Below, in pieces: positions 29,949 through 40,186 of a stretch of DNA of 40,647 nt. Every line of letters starts with the position of its first letter. Within the stretch, counting starts at the first letter, position 1. This DNA comes from Craspedostauros australis (taxonomy: Eukaryota), in assembly GCA_030167865.1 (NCBI GenBank), contig JALAGF010001235.1, positions 1 to 40,647 of the forward strand, given 5' to 3'. Below the pieces are notes generated by a model. The model worked only from the letters and a program-made list of their open reading frames with translations. It did not search any database and was not told the origin of the DNA. The position numbers and the translations under genes are program-made.

Positions 29949-32736
29949 CTTTGAGCCGTTTGTCGTATTGTGGACATACACCCACGACCGGCATATACCC
30001 ATATGCATAATAGGGCATGCACGTGCCACGCAACATGCCGAGGACGCGTCGAACGGGCCGTCAGCAATGTTGCGCGCCATTCCGAATGGACAAGAATATT
30101 GATTCGTTCGGAGGAAAGTGCAGGCGGGTGTGGTTGAATCAGATGGTCACAAGACGAGTGCAGATGGGTACCATACCATACGGCTGAATTCAAAAGAAGA
30201 CAAAGCCCGACAGAGAATCGTGAATCTCGAATCTCCGTCCCAAGTTCCATGGAACCAGATAGGAGGACCTGGATACATGCAATATGGTAAAATACATACG
30301 AGTAGAACAAGAGTCATTTCCTACCACACGTACGTGGTGCTTTTATCGATCGCAAGCAGTTTCTCAAGCACCCGTGACTTTTCGCAAGTACAGACCAGTA
30401 CAGTATGGTTGGGTACAGGTATCGCAATGTTGTCACTTACTTAAAGTGGAGCGGCCGATTTGCATCCCCTGCACGGCAATCGATCAGAGCATCGACGGTT
30501 GTTTGGAATCCACCAGCATACGGTTCCTTCGCTTCCTTGATTTCGCGGAGCAAATCCATGATCGGATCACCAGCGATCATGCGAGCGTAAAGTGTGGATA
30601 CTGCCTTCGCGAGCTCATCCAAAACGGCACGGCCGTTGCTACCGGAGCCCAGCTCCGCTGCGAGATGCCCGAGGTTTCCCCCTTCATCAGAGATGAGGTA
30701 CGCTTTGGCTGCCGCTTCGTAGGAACTCGGTTGCATTGACTGTTTACCACCGCATGACTCTGACGCAAGTTGCATCAACCAATCAGATAGATTCGCATCG
30801 GCTTGGGTGTCTTCCCGATGGACCTTGCAAGATGATCGAAACTCGTACCAACCCATTTCCAAATTGTGCGACAGCCCATCTGCATACACCACCTCTGACT
30901 GAGATGGTTCAGGACCGGGTGCGTCCAAACGCCTGCCAACGGCACTTCGAACTTCTCCATGGTTGTGGCCATCCAACCAACCGATGTAGGCACCGTCAGC
31001 CTTTGCATGGCATGGGGTTAACCATCGCAGCAGTGCAGCAAAAGCAAAGGCTATGGGAACAGTGATACTCTGCAATGAGTTCCCCGCATGTTCTGCCTGC
31101 GAAGCAAGCCCACCAGCTGCTAGATTGCTGACGGTCGGCCCCAACCGAATCCCACCTTTTGCTGGGCCGTTTTGGGTGATGAAGAAGGTCGAGAGACCAA
31201 AGTGCGGATGAAGAAGCCGCCGCCTCCAATCATCGTAGACTGCTTGGACTGCAGCTTTCGTGTTGGCATCGCTATCGCCATCGCCATCGCTGCTGCTGCC
31301 GATCCCGCTACGAGCTGCAGCAAGGCATCCTGCGGGCATGATTTGATCCTGGAACAATGCGTCAAGATAATCGCACAGGAGGCTTGCCGTTTCATCCGAC
31401 TTGGACAGTGCGTCAGTCTTCAAGAGTTTGCACAATGCCATCGTGTGCGCAATGGCTGTGTGGGTGCCATTGGCAATGCGGAGCTTCCAATCGATGTCAT
31501 TCTGAAAATCGGTTGCGATGGAACGCACAGCCACTCCGAACTTCTTGTTCTCCGGCTTCGCCATCGTTTGGGCAAATTGTCTGGGCAAGTCGTTGTTGGG
31601 GTCCAATATCACCAATGCCTTTGCTGGCGTGGGTTCGCAACGTGGAATCATCGGCTCATTGGTCGGTTCGACGCGGTGTGCTGTGATTCGGTCAACCATC
31701 GTGTTGAGGAAGACGACTCGCTCCGTCAAGAACTTGCGAACGATCTCGGAATCGCCCGCCTCCTCGCCGTCCGCAGTCTTCTCCTCCTCCGCCTCTTGCT
31801 CAGCTAGCAATGCCATCATGTGCCCGTGAACCTTCTGCCCATTGTTTGGCACGTTGTCCATATCTATGACGCAAAGCTTCTCATCCGTGTTCCAAACCCT
31901 CTCGTTTCGCAATGTGCACATCAGGTGCAGCAGTTCGTACAAATTCTTCATCGCGCCTGTGGAGGCCGAAGCCAATCCAGCCTCCGTGACGCCAAGTCCC
32001 AAGATCGTAATTCTGGTGGAACATGTAGGGTATTGGTGGCATTGGTGGCGATGGCGGAAGCAGCGGCGGCGTGAATATTGATGGTAGTGTTGGCGGCATT
32101 ATTGACGATGAAGAAAATGGAGACATTTCAAAGTCGTTCGTGCGAAACGAAGGAAGACATCATCACCAACGCCACACATATGAGGAGATATAATGAGGGT
32201 GTAAGTATAATCTCACATAATGCAATGTCATGCAACGGGACACAGCGCCAACAAATAGTGCGACAAGCCCAGTGCACCGCCTGTCTCTCATCAACTCAAC
32301 GGTTGCTTCTGACTTACGGTTTCATGGACGGCAGGACCTCTGCCAAAGCAACCTTTCCGTCTTTTGATGCCAAGGAAAAGGCTCCGTGGCAGGCAATCCC
32401 ATCCGTCTGAATGGAGCCGTCGTACTGCACGGTATCGACCGGATACGACGCAGCAACGGATCCAGCGGAAGCTTGTTGCTGCGCTTGTTCGTGCATGAAA
32501 TCGACGAAACTGTGCCCACGTGGCTGAATCAAAGCAGTGCGATACCCCGCGGCATTGCAGGCTGGAACGAGCACGGATCGCAAGAAGCGCCCGGTTCCCA
32601 AGCATAGACACTCGATGGCGTCATCATCGCTGCCTCTCTGCGGCGATGGCAACCAATGAGTCATCTCACTGGCCGGCGTCGCTGCTGGACCTGCTGCTTT
32701 TGCTGTTGCTTTTGATGGTGGCGGTGGCGGTGGCAT
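28475..32736 (-). CDS. Predicted fusion enzyme: N-terminal mannitol-dehydrogenase-family uronate oxidoreductase (UxaB/UxuB-like) plus C-terminal uronate isomerase (UxaC, Bh0493-type); complement(join(28475..29948,30441..32012,32318..32736)), about 1154 aa
   Basis: Oxidoreductase motifs: LGTGRFLRS, GVTEAG, DNVPNNG, NTMVDRIT, catalytic KxxxxNxxH (KLRIANGTH). Isomerase motifs: DLHTH, LWGIDELLTYHYLVAE, SEACRGV, GCWWF, QHSDARV. Both upstream ORFs end in phase-2 GTAAGT donors (32317, 30440) with in-phase acceptors (32013; 29949 or 29923). Confidence 0.8.
29949..30440 (-). other. Predicted intron 2 (492 nt) joining the oxidoreductase and isomerase exons
   Basis: AA|GTAAGT donor overlaps the apparent stop. 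Acceptor CAAAG|A gives LHF-K-QPAIP; an alternative in-phase CAG lies 27 nt further on. Confidence 0.65.
32013..32317 (-). other. Predicted intron 1 (305 nt) of the uronate enzyme gene
   Basis: CC|GTAAGT donor and TTCCACCAG|A acceptor are both phase 2, giving SMK-P-ITILGLGVTEAG. Confidence 0.85.
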
Positions 32737-33494
32737 GTTGTCTCGAGAGAAGCCCAGAAGGTCTTGTTGCTGTGGAGTACTCGTCGAGCTGAGTGCGTGT
32801 GTTGCTTGATTGAGCGATGCTGCTTGTTCTGTACCGTCCTCCGTTCTCTATTGTATAATGTAATATCTGTTGGAAGAAGGCTCTGGTGCTGATGCCGCGC
32901 TCTCTCAGAACGTATGGTATGGTACAGGAGCCACCATCCGACGATGCTGTTGTCCTCCTCTTCGTGTTCTCTCCTGTCCTCGCTTGTCGTTTTCGTTGCC
33001 AACTGCAACCACCACGGAACAAGGCTTCTGTTTGGATCTTGTTCGTGACGAACAGTTCCAACCAAACAGAAAAAACACGATGCCACTGATCGTCCGATAA
33101 CGTCCGTTTGGAATGTTGTTGTTTTGACCCCTTCGATCAATCCAGAGCAACCTCACTGCTTTTGTAAGGTAATATATATCACCGCATATCCCAAACACGA
33201 TTTCGGGCGACAAACACAACAGCGTGTCCCATATTCAATACAATCCCACAGCCATAGTTGAAATAGAGTGTCCTCAAACGAAACCGAGAATATTATTGCT
33301 TGACAAAAACGATTTTGGAATTACAAAATCTAGTGTGGACGGTTGGTCGATGCTCGTCACAGACAAGTCGCCACAGTCCCCAGTCGACTCGAAACCACCG
33401 CGCCATGAAGGGAAATGGCCACCGCCCCATCCAACTGCTGGACCAACTGAGCAGGGTTGGCGTTTCTTGCGTCCAAAGCACAGCCTGCAGACGT

Positions 33495-34520
33495 CTAAAA
33501 GTCTTCCATGGTCACGAAGGTTCCCGAGGAATCCTGGATGGACCACCATGATGCTTGACTGGGCACGTCGCCCTTTGCGAGGTCGAAGAAGGTGCTGTTG
33601 GCGAGCGATCGCGAGACCGCCCTGGAGCTGCTTTTGATGGAGTGGCGTGAGATCTCGTGCTCCACTTTCTCGTCTGCCATGTTGGTCATCTTGGTTTGCA
33701 GGAGGTGGATGTGATGCAGAAGCTCCTCCTTTTGCAAGATCTGCTGCCTCCGCAACTGCAAGGTTCGGGGGTCAATGGCACGATTGCTCTGCTGTGTTTG
33801 TTGCTGTATGTGCTTCCTGAATTCGCTCCTGTTGTCTGCGCTGTTTCCCTTGCTGTTGCAGCCACTGAAGTTGGAGTCGGCGGTAGTTGTGGTGGTGGTG
33901 AAGAGATTGGCAGAACAATGCTGAGTGCCACAGTTGGAGTTTGCAGAAGCTGCCAGCTGTGGCAAAGCGCCTTGATCGTTGCCTTTGACAGTGCCATTGA
34001 CGGTGTCATCGATGGTGCCATTGTGATGATGCTTGGGCTTGAGGAGATTGTCCACAGGCATGCAACGCAGATCCAATGAGCTAGATTTGTGCATGTGGTT
34101 CCGCTTTCCTTGTCTGCGGATAAGCACGGCTCTACCATCACCGACATCCGTGGTTTCATTGTCATTGCAGCCATTCGCTTTGGCGCTGCCACTGGCAGGA
34201 AGTTTGTTCCGACCAGCATCCATGTTCATCAGCATGCCTGTTCCAACCCCAGTTGCTTGCTCCTTCTTGTCCTTCTTTTGTTCTTGGTCATAGTTTTGGT
34301 TGTAGTTTTGGTTGTTGCTTTGGTCATAGACTTCACTGTTGTTGTGGGCACCAGAGCCATGAGGTGTACCTGTGATTGCAGTGCCTTCTGGGTCAACAGT
34401 GCGGTTTGTGGCTGCAATCATCTCTCTAACTTTGGCTTCATCTGTTCCCTCTTGCACGCTCCTCTTGGTATCGTTGCTCTCACCATTGCTGCAGGTGCCA
34501 GTGTTGGCCTCTATGTCCAT
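33495..34520 (-). CDS. Hypothetical low-complexity (N/T/S/Q-rich) protein with a short coiled-coil-like segment, about 341 aa
   Basis: Long ORF starting at ATG 34520 with hydrophilic, disordered composition, an NQNY repeat and the helix LRRQQILQKEELLHHIHLLQTKM. No family recognised. Confidence 0.55.
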   Translation of the reverse strand: MDIEANTGTCSNGESNDTKRSVQEGTDEAKVREMIAATNRTVDPEGTAITGTPHGSGAHNNSEVYDQSNNQNYNQNYDQEQKKDKKEQATGVGTGMLMNMDAGRNKLPASGSAKANGCNDNETTDVGDGRAVLIRRQGKRNHMHKSSSLDLRCMPVDNLLKPKHHHNGTIDDTVNGTVKGNDQGALPQLAASANSNCGTQHCSANLFTTTTTTADSNFSGCNSKGNSADNRSEFRKHIQQQTQQSNRAIDPRTLQLRRQQILQKEELLHHIHLLQTKMTNMADEKVEHEISRHSIKSSSRAVSRSLANSTFFDLAKGDVPSQASWWSIQDSSGTFVTMEDF

Positions 34521-36032
34521 ACTTCTTGTTATGATGCTCTTGGTGTGGGATGTGTACAATCTGGAGAGACTGCCTCTGCGTTTTTCTTCTTTTCAAAGTG
34601 ATCTATCTCATGTGATCTCTTTGAGCCTGTGGGTTTGTGATTGTGGTTGTGGTTGTGCCTGCGAATGCAGGTGTGGCTTCTTGTCCTCCTTTTGCTCATT
34701 TGTGCCTTTCCAACAATGCCATTATGCCCAGTGTTGGTCTCTGCAATGTGATTCTCCCTTTCTCTTCCTGCCAAGTGCGGATGATCTCTCTGCGAGCATG
34801 GAATTCACATGAAGTTTTGTTGCCAGGGTACGTTCTCCCTCCCATGTTGCCAGTCTCATGTGTTCAACATTAATCTCCTCCTCTCTCATTCCACATCTAC
34901 GCAGCGTGTGTCAGCACGGTCCTTCACCAGTCTTTGCACATGTGCCACATCTGCCCACCCCCAACCCATCTCGACCCTCTGCACTGTACCGCCTTCCAAT
35001 ACATTCACTCCACCAGGGCACGTGGGAAACAACAGCGACTTTCAGCACCTGGCTTCGAAGCAGGCGACAGCGTGAACAAATCGCCACAACAAGCATTTCT
35101 GAAATTCTTGGATATCACTTGACATTGAAAAAGGGGCTATTCAAGTGCTTCTTGCACCACTACACTTCGGTTGATGGTGTCAATTTATGGCATAATGATA
35201 CTTTAGTCTTCACATCAATTAACCGCTCCTCACAGGTAAAGAAAGAACACAGTCCTTTTCATTCATGGTCGAAGGCGCAGAATTGTCTCTGGACTGCGTT
35301 CGCAGGTCCACAATCACTGCTTGGTGGTGACAACATGTTTGCACGAAACAACCGTATGGACGATCCGTCAGCGTGGAAGCACGATCTATGGTGTGTAGGT
35401 ATTAGCCGTACCACAGCCCGAACACTTCTCCACAGAAGGGCGTTGTTTGCGAGAAGGAAGGCGCTTGCTGACATCGCCATGGCCCCCAAGAGCCCAACCA
35501 ACGGTACCGCAACGTTGTTCGTTTGCAACAAGGGAAACAACCGCCACCACCAACAACCGCATCAGGCCAAACGTGTTTCGAATACCGCAGCTCATGGATC
35601 CGCGAAGGCATCAGCCTTGTGTCGGCGATAGGAGCAACGTGATGTAACAAATAGGATTGCTGCTATACATACCATTCGCAACAAGCGGTCCCTCCGTTGT
35701 TACACAAACGACGACGGCCTTCCCTCCAAACGAGTATTGCACCTTCTCCATCAATCAGGTGATCTCGCATCTACTCTCTGGACGTGCCTCGCCTTGTGCC
35801 AAACACCACCATCAGCGCCGGTTGTGCACATCCACGGAACAGCACCGTCTCGCGCCAAAGAGGTCAAATCGTCACGAGCCAGCGGTCGGAGGGAGGTTGC
35901 TCCGTGCTGGATCCGCGCCAACATCCGCAGTGCAGCCTAAGCACAAGCACAACGTGTGCAAACACAAATATATTACCACGTCGGAACATACTCACACTCG
36001 CACTCACACTCGTACATAGAACAACGGTGGAC

Positions 36033-38162
36033 ATGAAGCGCGCCTACCCCATTGACACCACCCCGTGGCCGACGCTACTGCCGCAGGAAACGAAAGCCGT
36101 ACCTTCACCAGAACCCATCACGGCGCATTCCTCCGCGGCAGCTGCGGATGGTGGATCGTATGCCTTCGTGTCACCGGAGGTTGCGGCCTTGCATAACAGG
36201 GCTGCCGACAGCCACTGCTGCAACCCCTTTCATTTCCATCCACCGTGGAAGCAGCGCAAGACGAAGTCCGTCAAGAGCATGCCGTCCATCCAGACGACTC
36301 CGAGGATAGAGACCACGACCACCAGGACAGGCAAGGCGACGCCCAATGGCACAACCACCACCACGATCACCACCACAACCACCACCACGATCACTCAGAC
36401 GCAGACGCAAATACATGACACGGATGGTGCGGACTGTGCGGCCAAGCAGGCTGACATGGAAGCGGCGGGCATCAAGCTGCACCAGCTGGAGCAGCAGCAG
36501 CAACGTCTTCAGCAGCAGCTCCAGAAACAGGGGCAACGGCAACGCCGCCAGAAACAACAGCAGCACCAGCACCAACAGCACCAGCACGAGACGATCAAAC
36601 CAGACAATGCCTATTCGTTGGAAACTGTCACAGATGGAGAGAGGCTCCTGGCGAACGAGCTGCTCTCGCTCACCATCCAGGACAGGGAGATCGTCTACGA
36701 CGACATCCACGGTGCTGCTGCGGAGGCCAACAAGACGCAAAGGAAGGAGGATGATCCGGCATACCTGCAGGCGCAATTCCAAAAGCTGGAGGACGAGCTG
36801 CAGACAATCCGGAAGAAGGATGCCTACAACAAGGCTGCCTTCCTCTCGCCCTACGCCGTCAAGAACAGGATGCTCCTCCTCAAGATGCTGCAGGCGGCCA
36901 GGTGGGACATCAAGGTCGCCGCGCAATCCACCGCCAAGTACTTCCAGGTCAAGCTCGAGCTCTTCGGCGAGCATGGCTTCGTGCGTCCCATCAGGTGGGA
37001 CGACCTCGACGCCGACGCCAAGTGGATCCTGCAGAACAGCGCCATCATGAGGCACGAGGCCGTCACCAGGGATATTAACGAGCGGTCGGTCCTCATCTTC
37101 AACTTCGCGCGCTTTCCCATCTACTGCTCCGTGCGATCCGTCCTCAAGGCCCTGTGGTACATCAATGCCACGGTGCCCATCAAGTCCCTCACGTCGCAGA
37201 AGAACGGCCTCATCACGATCACGAACACCATCAATGCTGCGCCCAAGCAGATATTCAACTTCCTCCAGGCCCTCAAGGAGCTCGGCAAGTGGGGATTCAC
37301 CAACTCCATGCCGCTCCGCATGACCAGCAACCATCTGTGCTTCGGAGAGACAGCCATGAAACCTTACATCTCCCTCCTCCTCCTCGCGGTGTCGCAGGAC
37401 ATGCGCATCCGCACCAAGTTCCACTTCGGGAGTCCTCTGGAGTGCATGTACGAGCTCAAGACATACGGCGTACCGAGCCACCTCCTCGATTCCTTGGACG
37501 TCACCAACAACGTGCAGCCGCAGCATCATGACGATCCACATCTCTACGACGCCGAGTCGCAACAGCAAGAGACCAAGGTCGGTGACCTCCCTGATTGTCA
37601 CTACAATGATCATGGTGTTGGTCTTCCGGACATCAGTCCCAGCGCCAGCCTCACCGCGTCTTCGCAATCATGCCATCCGAACAAACACGTTTACGAACAT
37701 GAAGACGTAGACGAAAACAAAGCCGAGTCCGAATGCAGACCACAACCCTCCCAAATGACACATTCAGCACAACAGCAACAGTTCCCACCCTACCTTGTCA
37801 AAATCCACGACTACGAAGCTGACCTCTGGAACGAATACATGAAAAGCAAACCGTCCGGCACCATGTTCCGCCCCGGTCCCACCGACGTCGTCCTGGGCCG
37901 CGGTTGGCCCTACCAATCCTACTGCGGCAACGTCGCCTTCATGGAGCATCTCGAAACGCAGGTGCCCATCTACGACAGGGCGCAGGGCAAGATGGAAAGG
38001 ACCAAGGTGACGTCCGCCATCGCCGAGCAAGTGCAGCAGCGCGTTCGCTTCCTCAAGCGGGACGGGCTCTTTTGGAAGCAGGTCCCGGACACTGCATCGC
38101 GACAGAAGATATCCATGAGTCTGCGTAATCTGGCGAGGCGCTCGACGGAGGTTGACAAGTAG
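36033..38162 (+). CDS. Diatom protein with a CRAL-TRIO/Sec14-like central region and a C-terminal DUF6824 domain, about 709 aa
   Basis: LLANELLSLTIQDREIVYDDIHG...AYNKA...LLKMLQAARWDIKVAAQ...YFQVKLELFG...RPIRWDDL resembles a CRAL-TRIO N-terminal region. DVVLGRG..Q.Y.GNVAF...RFLKRDGLFWKQV....SRQKISMSLRN matches DUF6824. Strong GC3 codon bias; ATG at 36033. Confidence 0.88.
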   Translation: MKRAYPIDTTPWPTLLPQETKAVPSPEPITAHSSAAAADGGSYAFVSPEVAALHNRAADSHCCNPFHFHPPWKQRKTKSVKSMPSIQTTPRIETTTTRTGKATPNGTTTTTITTTTTTTITQTQTQIHDTDGADCAAKQADMEAAGIKLHQLEQQQQRLQQQLQKQGQRQRRQKQQQHQHQQHQHETIKPDNAYSLETVTDGERLLANELLSLTIQDREIVYDDIHGAAAEANKTQRKEDDPAYLQAQFQKLEDELQTIRKKDAYNKAAFLSPYAVKNRMLLLKMLQAARWDIKVAAQSTAKYFQVKLELFGEHGFVRPIRWDDLDADAKWILQNSAIMRHEAVTRDINERSVLIFNFARFPIYCSVRSVLKALWYINATVPIKSLTSQKNGLITITNTINAAPKQIFNFLQALKELGKWGFTNSMPLRMTSNHLCFGETAMKPYISLLLLAVSQDMRIRTKFHFGSPLECMYELKTYGVPSHLLDSLDVTNNVQPQHHDDPHLYDAESQQQETKVGDLPDCHYNDHGVGLPDISPSASLTASSQSCHPNKHVYEHEDVDENKAESECRPQPSQMTHSAQQQQFPPYLVKIHDYEADLWNEYMKSKPSGTMFRPGPTDVVLGRGWPYQSYCGNVAFMEHLETQVPIYDRAQGKMERTKVTSAIAEQVQQRVRFLKRDGLFWKQVPDTASRQKISMSLRNLARRSTEVDK

Positions 38163-38690
38163 GCACTGATGCAGATGGACAGGGACAAGATGGGATGGCA
38201 CTGTGTTGTCTTTACTTGGTTGGATGGATGGAGGGATCAGGTCGTGGGAGATGTAATGCAGTTGAGGCATACACATACTACTACGAGTGCGCTGCCACCA
38301 TACCACATTAGTATCATGCCAAACTCCATCCCAACAGTTAATGACCATCAAACCATCCGTGCTCATATCTGATTTTCTGCCAACTACAGGTGCATCTGGC
38401 ATACGTACGAGGCCTCGTAGCGACAGAAGTCAACTCTTCTCTTAAATCAGTTTGTCTGAGATGTGGTGACAGCTGGACTCTCTGCGGGTATGTAATGTAC
38501 AACGGCGCATTGATGCTGTGCAAACTAGAAGGTGAGATGACACCAGAACAATGGAATTCCAGGACAGCCCTCTCGACTAAGCTGTCCAATAATCTCTCGA
38601 ATAGGTTACTAGTGCGAGTGTTGATGTCCAGATGCATGCACTTCGTGAGACTCTATTCCAGTCTGGTCCATTCCAGTCGAGCTCAACACC

Positions 38691-39908
38691 TCAAAATGGG
38701 TTGGGAATGGTGAATGCCGGCAAGGTAGGCGAAGCTGCGAGCAGTATCAGCAGCAGCGCGAAAGTGATGACGCGCTCCTTCTGCCAGTTGAGTTGCTGGA
38801 GGGTTGCCTCGATGGGGTTCGATGCGATGCCCTTCAATTCGCAATCGAACTCCAGATGGCTGTTGGGTGGGATCACGTCGCTGGCGCCACGCTCGCCGTA
38901 TGCCAGTCCAGGGGGGATGCGCAGCGTGCGCTTGCCACCCACGCGCATGCCCTGCAGTGGTCAATAGGGAATTGACGAAAATCATGGTGGAATGGAGATG
39001 GTCAAGCGCAGCATGTTGTTTGTTTGGTGAGGGTGGGGATCCAAAAGGAGAGGGAACGCAATGGCGGCGATGCAGTGATTTCGGAAGGTGAGACTGGCTG
39101 TCGACGAATGGACAATCGCAGCAGAGCTGAGCAGACCACCTACATTACAGGACTGGGCAATGCCATTCTCATGACATCAGACCATGACAAGGAACAATCG
39201 CCTCGAGTATGGGATCTTCTCTATCTCCAGCTGACTGATGTTCAAGCCAAACGTCGAGGAAAATCAAGTATAATAGAATGCCCCTAATCCCTCTTGCACT
39301 CAAACCATTCATTGCCCAAGATCTCGGGTGAAGCGCTGCGGTCATCACCATCTGCACCGGCGGTCCTCGTACTTGAGTTGCTTTCGGCGTCCTTGCAATC
39401 ACGTTGACGCTTTCAGCTGCACAACGTGCGTCGTATGTTGCGCGTCGCGGTTGATGCTGTGGACATACGAGTAGCCATCAACATGAATGTCTCCATGATC
39501 ATTCATGGTCATACGTACGGAAATGCCCTGCTCCCAACCAGGCATGACGCGACCTTCGCCCAGCTTGAACGAGAATCCGGCGCCTGCATCAAACTGCTTG
39601 CCATTGGACATGAGTCGTCCTGCGTAGGCAACGGTGATGACATCGCCAGTCTTGGCAGCTTCGCCGGTTCCCACGACGGTGTCTTTCGTGGCGAGTCCCT
39701 GGTTGGGGTCCGTCACGGAGTATGCCTCGAAGGCGTTGCTCTCGTCGTCCACGACTTCCAGCGGATTCGATCCGCTCCGCAGAGCCGCCACATTGTTGCT
39801 GACTGTTCGGGCGACAGATCGTGACGCAACCGGCGACGATGGCGAGAAGGCTGCGCACGATCCAATGACGAGCAGCAAGGAACCTTGGACGATGGAAGAG
39901 AGCTTCAT
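38691..39908 (-). CDS. Plastid-targeted FKBP-type peptidyl-prolyl cis-trans isomerase, complement(join(38691..38951,39519..39908)), about 216 aa
   Basis: Signal peptide plus an ASAFAP-like cleavage motif ([23 protein letters not shown]). FKBP motifs: [44 protein letters not shown] and [32 protein letters not shown]. Phase-0 GTACGT donor at 39518 and CTGCAG acceptor at 38952. Confidence 0.93.
38952..39518 (-). other. Predicted intron (567 nt) of the FKBP gene
   Basis: GTACGT...CTGCAG; removal joins GIS|GMRVGG into a continuous FKBP domain. Confidence 0.88.
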
Positions 39909-40176
39909 GATGCTGATCGCGATGGCTGCAAGTGGAATAAAAGAATACTATTATGTATGCTTCTGCCGAGTTGGACTTGTACGTATTTGCAGAGTGTGAA
40001 CAGGCGTCAACAGTCTTCCTTTCGGCTGTCACGATTGTCGACTCTTCGGATACATTTCAGATGCTGAAGATCCAACCGTGGTGCAGAAGAAGGTGCGTTT
40101 GTTGTTGGTGTTGTTGTCGTCGTCGTTTTCTGTTTTGGTATCTTCTGACACATGTTCAACGTCCGGATCGCCGCGT

Positions 40177-40186
40177 GTGACGTCAC
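40177..40186. promoter_or_regulatory. Palindromic bZIP (CRE/Aureo-box-like) site GTGACGTCAC upstream of the FKBP gene
   Basis: Perfect 10-bp palindrome carrying TGACGT on both strands, about 270 nt upstream of the FKBP ATG and just upstream of a CA-rich leader-like tract. Confidence 0.35.

Noticed and set aside
29949-30310. N-terminal 120 aa of the 611-aa ORF as part of the isomerase
   Set aside because: Non-ATG start and no family resemblance; better explained as intron 2.
36171-37667. 498-aa minus-strand ORF
   Set aside because: Antisense shadow of the high-GC3 CRAL-TRIO-like/DUF6824 gene.
39399-39518. C-terminal 39 codons of the 169-aa FKBP ORF
   Set aside because: They begin at a GTACGT donor and interrupt the FKBP domain, which resumes at 38951, so they are intronic.
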